From NCBI RefSeq assembly GCF_000711695.1, contig NW_013547018.1, forward strand, positions 1 through 64,000: 64,000 bases of DNA, in the 5' to 3' direction. Shown here one piece after another: positions 43,748 through 57,629 of the stretch (position 1 is its first letter; the number at the start of each line of letters is the position of its first letter). The position numbers were made by a program, and so were the translations under genes. The notes beneath the pieces are model-generated. The model saw nothing but the letters and a program-made list of their open reading frames with translations, searched no databases and was not told the DNA's origin. This stretch comes from Tilletiaria anomala UBC 951 (lineage: Eukaryota).

Positions 43748-46350
43748 CTATTTGGTCAACACCTCCCAAAGCCCTGGACTGGACGACAGTTGAGCTTCCG
43801 AGTACCTCAGCTGCTCCATCTCGTCCTCATCTTCATCCTCATCGGGCTCCTCATCATCTTCATCGTGGATCCGTCGGACAGTGCTCTTAAGAGTTCGCGC
43901 ATCGCTGTCGCTATTCGCTTCGTCTTCTTCGATGCTAATCACCTCGGGGGTCCGAATCATCTTGAGCATCTTGCGAGGCTTCGGAATTAGTGATTCGTTT
44001 CCGATGGCCTCACTCCTGCAATTGTGTTTCAGGGCCGCAACATCAGCGGGACCAGGTTCTGAGGTGGACGCCTCGGCACTCAACTCCGTAGCGTCGCTCT
44101 TTCTCTTGCTAGGCCGTGATTTCTTCCCCTTCGCATCTTCCTTGGTAGTTGTAAAGAGCGAAGCAGTGACAAGGCCCTTGGATTCTGCAGCTTCCGCTTG
44201 TTTCAGTCGCGTCAAGCGACTAGCCTTCGCGGCGTTGCGCAAGTAGACGTTGATCGTATAGGCGCTTTGACTATAGTCCTCTAAAATGTAGCCTTGAATG
44301 AGAAGCTCCACGATCACTCGCTCGCAGTTCTGAGAGTATGAACGCAGTGTCAGTCGCCGCTCAGCTGATCGCGACACCGACTTCGATCGAAGGCTCACAT
44401 CCTTGTTCAATTTTACTGTTCCCCCATACGCATTCATGTCCAGTTTTCCAGCTTTTGTGCGTGCCGCTGCGCCCTTTGACTTTCCGCTTTCGCTCTTGAC
44501 GTTGTACTTCCCACCTCCTAGGCCTCTGACCAGGTCGCAAAGAGCTGCCAGAGTTACACGGCCTCTGTGCGATTCGATCTCGTGAAGAGCTTTGACAATC
44601 TGCCAGGACTCATAAGTGACATCGACTGACTCGATGCCCGCTTCACCCATGCAATTGTCGCATTTCTTGCAAGGAGGCATGTTGCGACTATGTTCGTCTG
44701 CGAAGTAGCGCGAGAAGAGCTGTTTGCGGCATGTTGTGCTCTGGCAGTACGCGAGCATTGAGTGGAGGTGATCGCTGCCGTAATGATCTTCCGCGACAAG
44801 AGCCGCAAGTCGGGTAGCATCTTGCGGGCGGTAGAATAGAACGCAATCGGATGGCTTCCCGTCCCGACCAGCTCTGCCGCTTTCCTGATACAGGCCTTCA
44901 ATGGACTTTGGGAGCGTTGCATGAACAACGAAGCGTACGTCCGGCTTGTCGATGCCCATGCCAAACGCAATGGTCGCACAGATCACCTGGATTCGACCTG
45001 CGTTCCACAATCTGTGCGTCTCTTCCTTCCACGCATCTTCCAAATTGGCATGGTAGGGACGTGCCTTGATCTTGCCATCGCTTGCATCGATCAGCGCCTG
45101 TGCCATGTTCTCAGAGTCGTTCTGACTGAGACAATAAACGATGCCTTCAAATGAGGAAGAGCATCAACTTATGTATAGGTGCCAACAGCAAGGCAATCCG
45201 AAGGCTCACCTGTTTCGTTGAGATGCCCTTCGATGATGTACGAAGCAATTTGTGCCGCGCTGCCAACAGCGCTTGACTCACGAAAGACGACGCGGTAAGT
45301 GAGATTGTCCCGTAGCAGGGGGCTGGTAAACAGGACCGTCTTGCGTGGAAGGGCGCATTCGGCTTGCGTGGTGCTCGGTAGCTCCAAAATTTTGAGCACG
45401 TCCTCAATCACGTCTGGTGATGCGGTTGCAGTCATAAGTGAGAAAGGAACATGCGGGAACAGCTTTGTGAGAAGGGAGAGCTTTTTGTAATCTGGCCGAA
45501 AGTCGTGTCCTTGAGAGCTACAGCAATGCGCTTCGTCTAGAACGATGCGGGCTGTGGTGTATGTGCGTACATGCGTCAGGTTCTGGCCGTACATTCCAGA
45601 GGATCGTCCCTCACCCAGTTGTCCATTCTCATCTGCTGTCTGCAAACAGGATAAGAGGGTCTTGGCTTTGACAATGCGTTCAGGCGTCACGTAGAGCAAC
45701 TTAAGACGGTCGGATGTGTTGCCCAAATTCTTGATTCGACGGTGAATCGTGTTGATCTCTTCCTTGAGTGTTGCTGAGGACATGAGCTCTGCAGGAATTC
45801 CAGCCTCCCGGAGATGCATTACTTGGTCTTGCATCAAGCTTATGAGCGGGGATACAACCAATGTCACCCCGTCCGTGCAGAGAGCGGGCAGTTGGTAGCA
45901 CAAGCTTTTGCCGCCGCCGGTGGCCATGATGCAGAAGAGGCTCCTGTTATCCAAAGCTGCGTGACAAACTCCCTTTTGGCAGGAACGGAAGCCAGTAAAG
46001 CCGGGCCAGTGCTTCTTGGCCAATCGCAACATCTTGGCCTCCTGCGGGGACTTGCTCTCAAAATAATTGACGGTGCCAGGGAGCGGCTTCCCGGCCTTTC
46101 TGCTCGCAAGGAAGACCTTCTGACCGGCATTCCGTAAGGCATCGCGTTCTTTGATAAGCTCTTTTCGCACGCTTTGAAGGTCTTTGAGTTGCTGTTCGAT
46201 CGAGTTGATCTCGTTATCGAGCTCACGCAGCGTTGCCACCTCCTGATCGGAGAGCCCGGTTTCGAAGTCGGCGTTGGGCAACCCTTCATCATCCGAGTCT
46301 GACTCAAGGCTGATTACAGCATTCGCCTTTGACTTGCCTTTGCCCGGCAT
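43748..46350 (-). CDS. RecQ family DNA helicase (RECQ1-like, short form)
   Basis: [67 protein letters not shown]; Zn-binding CRK..C..CDNC and RQC region; three introns. Confidence 0.9.
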
Positions 46351-46785
46351 GCTGATGACACACTTTTTCCGATGCCTCCTCGACTCTATGAGGGACATCG
46401 AAGTGCTCGTCGCCACAGAGAATGCAAGGAGACCTGCTTCTAGGTTGAGGTGTAGCCGCGTGACGGTGATAACCCTTGAGGACTGCTGTGACAAAATCTG
46501 GATGCTTTGGCGCGTCGCGTCTCCTTCGTGGTTTAGTTGTGAATTCTCGCAGAGCTCCCACCTGCAGCCTGTGCCCATTTGGTCCTCTCATTTGTAAATT
46601 GACGCCCCTCTCATCGATCCATATGTCTCCGCCATCGTCGTGTCCTCCAGAAGTAGCCCTGAAGACATCGCTCGGCTCTGCAAGCTTGCGTTGTAGCAGC
46701 GAAGCGTGCGATCGTCTTTTTCTGGCAACCTGGCACGCTCCACACACCTTGCGACATCGTCTGCAACCCTCACAATCTAGACAAG

Positions 46786-48006
46786 ATGCCCTGGCCAAAG
46801 CCCCCGCTCGAGCGCTCGATCTTCAATGTCGACCCTCTGGACGAGTTTTCCGTTACAATCGCGGACTGGATTTGGAGCCATGTGCAAGGCTTACAGAATA
46901 TTGAGGTATGCACACGGAGGGCACCTGCAGCTTTCCGCATCCACCTGCTTACTTCCTTCGTTCTGCGCCTCAAAGATCGAGGCCAAAATCGGCACACTAA
47001 TAGATACGAGCACAAACCATCGATTACGGCTGCCAGTGCTGTGCGAAACAAGTGAGATTCGCTCGAGCATCGCGTTTGACCGTGTTTCTGCCAGTTGACT
47101 GTCCTTTGCAGTCGTGGACATGCCAGGAGTTCGTTTTGAGAGTGACATGTCAGCGGTGAATCTCTCTTGCTAAGACGGGCAGCTAGACCTCAGACTGATT
47201 TGTCCAGCATTCTTGCAGAAACAACATGCACATTTCAACGCAAAACTGAATGAGGTCGTTGAGCGCACATCCTCACAGTCGTACAAAGGAGATAAAGTCC
47301 GATATCGACGGTCGATGGAGGCCGATGCCTTCTACCATATTCCAGGATCCAAAGAACGGATCAGGGTGACGAAAAACGAGGAGACAATGAAAATCACCAA
47401 CGCAATAGTGAAGAAGCGTATAGCCAATATGGAAGTTTATAGTCCAAGATCTCTTTTCGATTTCCGCATCAGCATCAACACTGAAGAGCCTGGTATGTCG
47501 CCCTGCTCTTTTCCTCAGGTACGATGTAAGCCACTGATTGAAAAGGTATCCTATTCCACCTCACACATACAGTCGAGCCACCAGATGCAGAGCCAGCGTA
47601 CATCCGCAACAAGAACCGAGTTTCCTACGCTCACCAGTGCTTCCAAGTTGACCTCACGCAGGTTCAAACACCAGAGAATGTGAGTCGTACCGTACCGCCG
47701 CGACGCGAAGAGGCAGCCGATCACTGAAACTGAGGCGCACTCACCACGTTCTCAGCCGTACCGACAAATGCATGAGTTGGAAGTCGAGATGCTGGACGTG
47801 GGCAGCTTTCTGAGCTTAGGGGAAGAGGCCCGACGGCAGGGGGAAAGTCAAAAGTGGACGCCGTTCGAAGATCGGGTGCTGATTCTGCTCAACAACGTGC
47901 GCATGCTGATCAGGTGAGTACGCACAGCGCCCAGCAAGAGACTTTACAACAAGCGAATTGAGAAACTTATTTTGTGTGCACTGGCAGAAACGCCTGCCCG
48001 CCATGA
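46786..48006 (+). CDS. CET1: mRNA 5'-triphosphatase (Cet1/Pct1, CYTH-like), multi-exon
   Basis: NIE|IEAKIGTLID, RFESDMS, RIRVT, KKRIANM, DFRISINTE, RNKNRVSY, QVDLTQV, HELEVE, LLNNVRMLIR. True start may lie upstream. Confidence 0.85.
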
Positions 48007-48091
48007 CGTGGATCAGTTCACACTGAATAAAATATGATTTCGGATTTTGCTCGGGCTCGCTGGCAATTTGACCAGTTCTTCACTCGTTACT

Positions 48092-49632
48092 CTACAATTT
48101 GGTCGGTTGCATGGCGTGTACCCACGGCTTCCAGTAGTGCTCAACCGTATCCGGATCGCGCCATTTGCTCCAGTCCGCGGTGGTGAGGCCCCAGGTGTCA
48201 TCAAAGTCCTGGACGCCAGAGCGGATGCGGTAGGAGCCGGCGAGTGCCCACATGGCCCAACTGATGCCATGCTTCTTTGTGAACTCCTTGAGGCAGTTTT
48301 GCAGCAGGTCGTCATACAGCGAGCTGGCCTGCTCATGGCCAAACTCGGACAGGATGACCGGCGTGAGGCGCACAGCCTTGGGACAGTCCTTGGTCGTGCC
48401 GCACCCCTTGGGCGGCGCGATGCCGAGCGCATTAAACCCGTTACGGTACAGCTCGGCCTCGATAATGTCGCAGGCGCCCGTGTCCTGCACCTCGGACGAG
48501 CCATACAAGTGCAGCTCCCACACGAGCTTGTCCGCCCATGGGTGCGCGTCGAGGTCAAAGTACTGCGCATCGCGGCGCAGCGAGTCACGGATCGCGTCGG
48601 CCTTATACGCCGGCGCATTGAGCAGGTTCTTTCCGCTGGTCAGCGCGCTGAGGTCCTCGTCGTACTGCATGCCGCTCCAGGTGATCAGCAGGTCCGGGTT
48701 CACGTTGTAGATCGTGTCGGCGCCCTCGGTCATGTTGCCGACGAGCGTATGCCAGTTGTACATAAGCGTCGTGTCGTTGTATGAGGAGCGCAGCTCATTG
48801 CGCAGCGACATAGAGACAATGTTCGAGTGTTTCTTGGCAAAGTTGGCAATGTAGGCCAAGCCGCGCTTCCAGTTCGACGCAGGGAAATAGATATCGTCGA
48901 ACCAGGCATTGCCATCTGGATCAAAGATGTAAAGTTCTGTCAGTGAGATGTCGGCCCAGATGGCCCGAGACAAGCAGGGCTCACCCGTGTGCGAGCAGCA
49001 CCATTGTGCCTTGCCAACATGCACATCTGGGTGGACGAAGATGCCCTTCTTGGCGGCCAGGTCGACGACATCGCCGAAAATCTCGAAGCGGGTCGTCGTC
49101 TTTGTCCACTGTGGGTTGTGTTTGATGATGCTCTCAGTGACTTTGGTTCCGTTGACCTGGCCAAGGGCGTTAACCATGGCCTCTTCCAATGGCACATCGG
49201 CTCCGTTGCGCTCATAGATCTGGTCGACCATTTCGATTGCATACCCTGCTCGGACAAAATTGAAGCCAACAGACGCAATGTTGTTCACGATGTTCTCGGC
49301 CGAGGCCCACTCAAGACCTGAAAAGCAAAAGGGGCTGGGTCAGTTTCCGGCGTTGCACAGCGATGTGGTTTTGCAAGCGCAGATCCGAACCCACCCTCAA
49401 AGATCATCGTCTCGCCGCTCATGGGCCAGTTGACACCCGCCAAGTGGACGACTTCGCCTTTGCTGTTGACGATGTCGCGGCCTCGCGTCTTGAAAGGGAC
49501 ATGCGGCCAGTCGGAGGGAGGGTGAGCAGAGTCTGCATTGTGCTGCTCGACCGGGGTAGAGAAGACTGTCTGCGTTGCCGACAGCACGACGGTTGTGGCG
49601 GAGAGCAGTAAGAGGAGGGAAGGGCTGCGCAT
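48092..49632 (-). CDS. Secreted glycoside hydrolase family 5 (resembles endo-beta-1,6-galactanase-type GH5)
   Basis: Signal peptide MRSPSLLLLLSATTVVLSA; TRGRDIVNSKG..LAGVNWP, WCCS..DGNAWF, catalytic MSLRNELR and VILSEFG; two introns; TATATAAAG near 49751-49759. Subfamily is an inference. Confidence 0.85.
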
Positions 49633-51114
49633 GATGAACAACGCCGCACGTCAGTCAGAACGTGGAACCTCGGACAGAAAAGGACACGATCAGCAGTTGG
49701 GTGTGCGCACATGATTGGAAGTGATCTCACGGCGGGTACATGAGCACGTCCTTTATATAGGGTACCTCTGCTGATTTTGAAGAGCGGCATCCTGGGGAGT
49801 GTGAAGAACGGACCGGCAAACAAGATATGATGGCAACGAGGGATCCTGGCGGATTGAATAGATTTGCGGGCTTCCAATTGACGGCGAGCTGTTCGGGTAG
49901 GCTATGATACCTGACTGAGCGCTGGTGTCTGAGTCCGGTATGTATGCAGCTGCGTGGAGAGGCGAGAGAGGGTGTGTGGGGGGAGCGGGGCAACGCAGGA
50001 AACGCAAGGCGCAGGCCGCAGCAACAAGCTATGTATGTACATGGTTCGTGCACAGCAAGCAAGCTCCTGACGATCGTGTAGCACCCCACATTGTATCTAC
50101 TCGTACAATATGATATAGACCCGGGCGAGCAATCATGCACAGAAAGAACGTCAACATCGTCAACAAGGTTGGCTCTCGAGTCGGCTCGCGAAAGCGTGCG
50201 GGGTTGCCAAGGTGAGATTCGAAGCGCCGTGGTAAGGAGCCATGCCAGGAAAGTCAGGCACAGGCACACTGGATGAGATTCTAAGTGGGTTCGCAGAGGG
50301 GAGAAGCCGGCGCTTGCCCATGCGTGCGTGTGTGCAAATAGGGCCGAAGGTAGAAGGTGCCTGAACTGCGCTAAAGTGTGTAGATTGCCGACGATTGGCA
50401 CCAGTTGGAAGAGAGCAGCGGAGCGTAGGACCTTTGCAATGTAGGGCTACCCACAGCCCTTAAGGTTCTTGGGAGCCTCTTTGTTGCTGGAAGTGTCTTC
50501 ATCGCTCTCAAAGCTCATTGGTGGTCAACCACGTGGCTCATGATGCCACTCTCACTTCCTGGACAATGTGCCGAGCAGCGTCGCGTCTCCGCTTCTGGTC
50601 ATGACCCTGCCGTCTGTCGAATCGTCGTGGACAATTTCAACCGGCGCGACGCATGGCCCGCTAACGCGTCGGCTGGATGCCGCCGAGAAAGAGCTGGGGC
50701 GACGTCTGATGGAATGATCTCTGGCCAGTCAGTGGTCGCGTTCTGCGAAGGCGCCAAAGGCCATACGCCGTGTGCTTCCCTCGCCGACGCATCGCGGATG
50801 GTATATGTAAGTGTTTAACAGTGGATTGCTCGCCTGGCTGCGCCGATTTTCGTCGCTGCCAAGTACCTTTTGTGGAGAACCTGCAAACAGCAGCAGCGCC
50901 GATGCCCAGCAGTTGAGTGTTCGCGTCTTGCTCAAGTTCGGGGATTGGAGGGAAGAGCACTAAGTCCAAAGGCCCGACGGTCGATGACTAGCAAAAACTT
51001 TCTGCAACGCCAACTCCTGAGACGGCTGATTTCGATGCAAAGCCCTTTTTCATCTATAAAATATCATACATAGAGGGAGAGCATAAGGCGCTCCCCCTCA
51101 GGCACTCTGGCGTG

Positions 51115-53190
51115 TTAAACCGAAGAGCCTCTGCGCGGGCTCATGCGCCCTCCGGAGAAAATCTGCATAAAGAGACGCGGAAGTTCCTGCAGCTCCGCCA
51201 GATGCGCACCGTACCCGTCGAAGATGTTACCGACGGAGAGAGGGACGCTAGCAAGCTCAACTACCGAGATTGCTTTGCCGTCGCGGCCGCCGTTCGACCC
51301 CACTGCGGCCGTGCGCGGCAGATGAGCATGAGGCGGGCGGAAGCTCAGCCCAGCGGGCAGGCGCTCTGGGTCCTTGATGCGCAAGAGCAGCGCAAACAGC
51401 GGGATGTGGTTGAGCACCGCGAGCGCCGTCCCGAGCGCAGCCTGCGTCGCGATAAGGCAGAAGCGCGCACACGCGAACGTCAGGTAGTACGTTGCGATCG
51501 TAGGGAAGAGGAACAGGAGCAGCGTGAACAGGATCGTGCCGAGCAGCATCTGATCGAGCTCGTACGATGCATCGTCCAGCCGCCCCTTTCGCAGCGGGTT
51601 GCGTTTTTTGCCGCGGAACAGATGGAACAGCGCACCCAGCAACCAAAGGAAGCCGGCGTACAGGAAGCGCGACATGCGGTGGAAGAGCACGAGGTGGAGC
51701 GTGCTGATCGTGATCAAGTCGGAGAGTAGACAGATGCCCATCGTCAGGCCCGTGTATCGCATCACCAAGCTGATGACAGCAATGATCGACTGCATGTTGA
51801 CGGCCAGCCGAGCTAGCACCATGTCGTAGAACAGGATCAGGCATCCCTTATAGAGATCGCCAAAGAAGAGGGAGAGCTCTGTGTTGAGCTTCAAACCTGC
51901 GGGCCATGCTTCCAGCCAGCCGAGCACACCTTCAACGCCGTGATAAAGATGACGAGAGATGAGCGCTTGCAATATTTCAGCCAACCCTGGAGCTGTTTGG
52001 TCAAGGAGCGCTGCCGCGGCTTGGCCAAACACGACGTCGTTTGCGATGAGCCACGCTCCACCCCACAAGGTGATGTAGTCTGTTGACAGCGCCGAGACAG
52101 GTGTCAATACGGTCCGGCGCAGCTGTCTCAGCGAAGCGGCAAAACTGGGCCAATTGATGATCTGTGACAGTCGAAGCTCGACTTGTTTCGCTGTGAGAGA
52201 AGACCGGATAAGCTTGTCTTGTGACGCGACCATCCTCATAACATGAAGAGGGGCAACAATCCCCTTTCCAGCTGCTAAAAGGAGTTTCCAGCAGACCGCG
52301 CCGACGATCGATGGTTGTGAGGGTATGTTCGAGGCAGACGGTGGCCGTCGAAATTCTTGAATATGTTTTAATAGTTGCATCATAGATGCGCTTTGGTTAA
52401 GCTGAGATAGACCCAGCGAAATTTGCGTCAATGGCTATACACTACGTCGAGTTGCTGTGCACTTTGACTCACAAGAGCGATCGAGCACCTGAGCAGCTCT
52501 GCATCCTCATATTCAGCCTCGGAGCCGAGACTTTCAAGCTCTCGCAAGCCCATGAGCTTCCGTGACAGCATTCTCTCGTAGTCACGCTGACTATCTTTCA
52601 TACTTCTAACGCCAGAAGCGCGCACTTCGTCATGAAGAAAGGCGGGCGAGAATCGTAACGGCTCGATCGTAAGGAAACGAAAGTGGTCGGACGAAGGTGG
52701 ATCGTAGAAGACGACCATCGTTCGAAATTCTTTTTTTTCAGGCGGGTGAAACGAGGTATGACTGCATGACAAGGATTACAGATCATGCGTCAAGGATTGC
52801 ACTCGCCAAAGTCTCTTCGGAGTCTCACTTGGAAAACCATAGTGTGCCACGACTTCGCTTTTCTTTTGGGGCATCGAAAAAGACCAGCAGACCGTCACCA
52901 TTCGTGTCTCTCGAGCTTTGGGATTCTTGACCTCGCATCAGGAACCCAAGCACCTCAACCATGGGCGTGCCCTCTGCTGGCTTCTTCATTCCAGCTCTGA
53001 GATTGAGCGCATCGATTGCAACCTGCAGCTCGGCGTGGTCTTGATCCGCGACGGCGCCGATGACGACGACGTGAAGCTCATTGTTTCTGCGATGTTGCCA
53101 GCCGAGAAGGATTTGTTCACTCTTACTTACCGATGCTGACGCCTTGCGAGCCAGCTGTTTGGGCCAGAATATTCGGATGCTTACGGCCAT
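51115..53190 (-). CDS. GPI1: GPI-GlcNAc transferase subunit Gpi1 / PIG-Q
   Basis: IRIFWP start, KQVELRLSQ, WLIANDVVFG, WLEAWPAGLKLNTEL, LFRGKKRNPLRKGRLD..YELDQMLLGTILFT, LNHIPLFALLLRIKDPERLP. Confidence 0.9.
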
Positions 53191-53769
53191 GGCAGAGACC
53201 GGCGGCGAACACCTTGCCGTCAAGACTTCATGTTCGAAGATGGTCACTCGCAGCACCCCCCGGGCAAACGGCAATCAAGGCTCTGCTTGCGCACACGAAT
53301 TGCAAGCCTTCTCCATCCCTTTCTCGTTAACACAAATTCTAACTCGCGAAAGGACGAGCCGTGGTATCGAGATGGTGTACCGCATGCTTGGACTGGGTAT
53401 GAGATCATCTTCTGAGAGTTCAGAATCCTTGAGCTTGTGCTACACGATAGTTTCGGAGAGTGGCAATATCAGATGGCGCCGCTCGCGCCCTGCGATGTCA
53501 GGTCACAAAAGTGCGAATCACCTTGCTCTGATGGCAAAGCATCGAGTATTTTGCATACTTGTATCATCACCTAACCTCTGGCTTACATTTTTCCAACTCT
53601 ACTCAGCCTGTGCTTCTGTCAACGAATTCGATTGCTTTTCCCTTCCATAGTTGCTCAGTACATTTGCGGCTTAAAAAGATGTCGATAGCCCGATAATCTC
53701 GACGACGACCCGCGTCGCCATAGCTGGAGCTGGACTCGTTCTGCTCGCCCACAGGCTACCGTCTTGAAC

Positions 53770-55874
53770 ATGTCGTCCACCACGGTTTCAATCCCGAAGA
53801 CGAGTGGGGACGCGCCTAACTCGTTTCCTTCTCCCGCAAAACCAAAGAAGCGGCGACTTCGAGGCTCTATAGGCGTCGAAGATGGGAGCCGCTCCGACTC
53901 GTTTGTGAGCGCCCTGACGCGATCCCTACTGGGCGTCGTAGCATTATTCTTTCGCGCCCCGATTCGCCTCTACCGGCCAGTCAAGCTCAGCTCATGGATC
54001 ATCTTGGAATCTCTGGCCCGTCGGGAAGGCAAACAGCTGAGTTTGCGGTATGTGCGGGCGCTCATACGCAGGGAGAAGGCGAGCTTCATTCCGCACCTGC
54101 TTGGTCCACCGCTGATCGCCAACACACTGATCGGTTTCACGCTCTTCGAGAGGTAAGTTGCCACCTACGCAAGGTGTTGCTCGTGCCTTTGTGCTACTCT
54201 GGTTCATACTTTCCCTTTCGTTTCGACAGCTTCACCCTGATGGAATCACATCTTCTAAATCGATATTATCCGACGCGGCCGGACGTACAGAGGGACAGTG
54301 CAGGTCGCCGGATACCGCAATGGTCACCTCTTTGGATCACAGCAGTGTCCGGTGCCGTAGCTGGGAGTGCACAGTGTATCATCTCGGCCCCCCTCGATAA
54401 CGTGCGCACCGTTCTGGCTGCTATGCCAGCAGTCGGGCGCCATCACGCCAGTCATCAAGCAACACGGGTATCCTGGCGAGCCGTGGCTCGCGCTGCAATC
54501 CTTCCATTTGCACCAGAACTCAGCAGATACAAGCTCGTCGAGCAAGTCAAAGTGGACTCTCCAAAGGCACGCTGGTCGTGGCTGAATCCCTGGAACAAGG
54601 AGGATCCTGCGACTGCAAAGCAGAGAAAAGAGCTGTGGCAGGCCCAGCTGAAGCGTTGGCGAGGCGGTGTACACGGTGCTGGCTTGTTGCTCTCACTCGT
54701 CAGAGACAGCATTGGCTTCAGCTCGTTCTTCGCCATCTTTGAGATATCCCGGCGCGTGGCGTACAGCGCGTCTATAAGTGTTGACAAGACATATGCATTC
54801 TTTAACCAAGGAGTAGCGCTCCCTGTCGGAATCGACAAGCGTGCAAGCCGGGAAGTTGACGACGGCGATATCGCGATCGAAGACGCCAGATCCGATGATT
54901 CGTTCCAAGCTAGTCGCACGATTCCGGGGCGCCTTTTGGCAGCTTTCATCTTGATATGTGGTGGGGCGATTGGCGCCATGAGCTATGAGCTGCTCGGTCG
55001 CCCATCGGAGCTCATGCGAGAAGTTATCTGGCAGGGGCGTAAGGCGTGGGAAGAAGAAAAATCCAAGCCGAAATTCACACCGGCTGCGCAAGCTCGCAAA
55101 CAACGAAATGCCAAAACAGGACACGGGCGGTCTGCTGTTCGTGGCGCGCGAGCGGTACGGGCGGCTGAGGGAGCAGCAGAACTATCGGGTAGGAATACGC
55201 TTATCGAAATGCGGCAGACAAACACCGCTGGCGATCTCTCGGCTCGAGTCAGCAGCCTTCGAGGGCGTCTTGGGCCGCCTCATCGCCCCAGGAGATCGAG
55301 CCCACACGCAAGACATGCACCGAACGGAACAGCTGTGGTACCCACACCGCACGTGCGTCGAGCAAAACAACTGCGAGAGGCCTTACATGGAAGGCCTGGA
55401 CGCTTCATTCCAACGCTGGAGAACAGACCGAGTGCGTGGCAGCTACTCAAGGGGCACGCTTTGCGGGCTTCGACGCTGCGCCTTCCTCCCTTGTCACCGA
55501 AAGCGCATTTGAACCCCACTCCCGCGCCGTTACCAATGCTTCTCGTTCAAACGTACTTTGTCGCCCCCTTTTTTCCGCATAAACACGACAGCTATGCTGA
55601 AGGAGGCGCCGCTCGGCGTAAAGGCAAAGACACGCCGGAACGCGCGCTGAGACGACGCTGGATGTTGCGCAATCCTGTCAACATGTCAGCTGCACCGGAG
55701 GCGTACCGAGGCAACAACGGCGGCCTCTCAGAACGTTTGCCTGGTTCCATCAAGTCACCCTCAAGTTCCATGTGGGGCTCGGGCCGCGTCGGCTGGGCAC
55801 TCCGAAGGTTGGCCACACCATACGGTATTGGCTTTGTTGCCTTTGCATACTTTGCAGGCGATTTGGGATCATGA
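53770..55874 (+). CDS. Divergent fungal mitochondrial-carrier-like protein (intron ~54153-54229)
   Basis: FFRAPIRLYRP, PPLIANTLIGFTLFE, GAVAGSAQCIISAPLDNVR (PxDxxR carrier motif), LSLVRDSIGFSSFFAIFE. Confidence 0.65.
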
Positions 55875-55939
55875 AATAGACACAATTACAACCTGTAGCA
55901 TAGATAAGCAGAGAGAAGCACGCAATTCCCATATCACAG

Positions 55940-57134
55940 CTACAATTTCGACTGCTTGTTTGGCTGCTGCTTCTTTCGCTCCTCTTTCCTCGTCTGCGCC
56001 ATTTTCAGGAGCGCATATAGAGACTGGGTGCGAGGCATCTCCACGCCCTTCGACCTTGCAATGCGGACCGGATTGCCGAGGATGACTTCAAGTTCGAGAG
56101 GTCGGTCCGCTTCCCAATCCAAGAGCATGCTAGGTTTGCTGCCAGTGTTTCGCTCAGTGCTTTTGAGAATCACCTCGGGCGTGGCGAGCGAGTTTGGGAA
56201 CGGCCTCCCCAAAATGGAAGGCGCCGCTGCGAAGATCTCGTCCATCACTCCTTGCAGATGCCGACGCAGCTCCGCATCAAGCGACATACGCGCATTACCT
56301 GTGCCTCCAGATAAGACCGCGCTCGGATTCATGCTAGCGTTGATGGTCAACTTGTGCCAGCGCACGAGCTGCAGGCCTTTCTCATCGTGCATCTCGACGT
56401 CTTTGATGCCGCCTGCCGTCCAAATGTTGTTGAGCTCCGCAACAGCGTCTTCTCCGGCTTTGTGAAGCTGTTTGGCCTTTTGGTCGCCCGAGACTAGGCG
56501 ATCCCCAATACCGTCCGTGAAAGCGCCGATCGAGATGCGTGTCCACCGGTTCTGCCGAACGACACCGTGAGAGACTTGCTCGGCGCTAATGACGGTGACG
56601 GCGCTGACGATAGGGTTTTGAGGGAACCGCTCACGGTGTAAATGCTCTACACCGACACCATTCTGGATGAGAACGATAATTGACCCCGGAAACTTGCCGT
56701 CTGGTGAGGGTGGTGAAACGATGGGTGCAATTGTCCTACTTTCGTCCACGATGTCTGGTAGAGCTTTGGTCGTCACCACGACATAGTCCCACTTCCCGCT
56801 ATTACTCGCCGACTCCGCTACATCGGGACCCTCAGACGCAGCTACTTGCACATTCGGAAAGACCCTGTGTGGTATAAAATGGTAATCGCCAAAGTTGCGC
56901 GTTTGCATCGTCAAGCCGCTCTCCTTGACCGCCTTGTAGTTTGATCTGCAGACCATGGAGACTCTGACATTTCCTCCGCCCTATATCCTCAAAGAAGAAA
57001 GTAATATCAGTCTCCTCTGAATCCCTGGCAGTTGTTTTGATGCTTGGTCTCACCTGAACCATGCGTGAAGCATAGAAGCAGCCAACTGCGCCGGCGCCGA
57101 CGTAGATGATGTTGATCTCTCGTTGGGAGTTCAT
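55940..57134 (-). CDS. 2-dehydropantoate (ketopantoate) reductase ApbA/PanE family, C-terminal SKL
   Basis: VGAGAVGCFYASR, VCRSNY, DYVVVTTKALP, IQNGVGVE, RWHKLTINASMNP, PSMLLDW..RPLELEVILG; one intron. Confidence 0.9.
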
Positions 57135-57629
57135 GGTGGACTTGCAGCGGGGTGCGAGGCAAAGCAGCGGGCTTTCGGTACGAATCGCCGAGGGTGAACA
57201 GAGGTTGCCACTGACGAAAGTTCTCGCAAAGGCGGATAGACGTCAGACTTGTGCTCGAGTTCGAACAGGTTGGACAATACCCACACGAAGCGAACAGCCC
57301 TTTGAATTGCTCCTTCTGGTGCGCAGGAGTGGTCCACTGATCGGTAATGCCGGCATTGGTAAGAGCGATCGTAGGTATTCATACGGAATGCGATTGAAAG
57401 AAAGTAGGGTTCTAACTTCCGTTGATCTGATGTCAACCTCTCGTGTGCAATGGGTGCTCCATGAACCAATCGTATGTGTCTGAGGAAAGGCGATGGCGTT
57501 ACCCTGCTTGGCATGGGGTTGCCTGGCCCTCGCTTTTACGGTGAAGATCAATGGTTGCTCTCTGACGGGGATCAAACGAAGCGTCCGGGTCTTTGTACTT
57601 GCGTTATCACCGCGCCGCAACCCTCCGAC

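Noticed and set aside
49727..50401. 224-aa minus-strand ORF upstream of the GH5
   Set aside because: No motif or codon bias and it overlaps the GH5 TATA/promoter; probably spurious.
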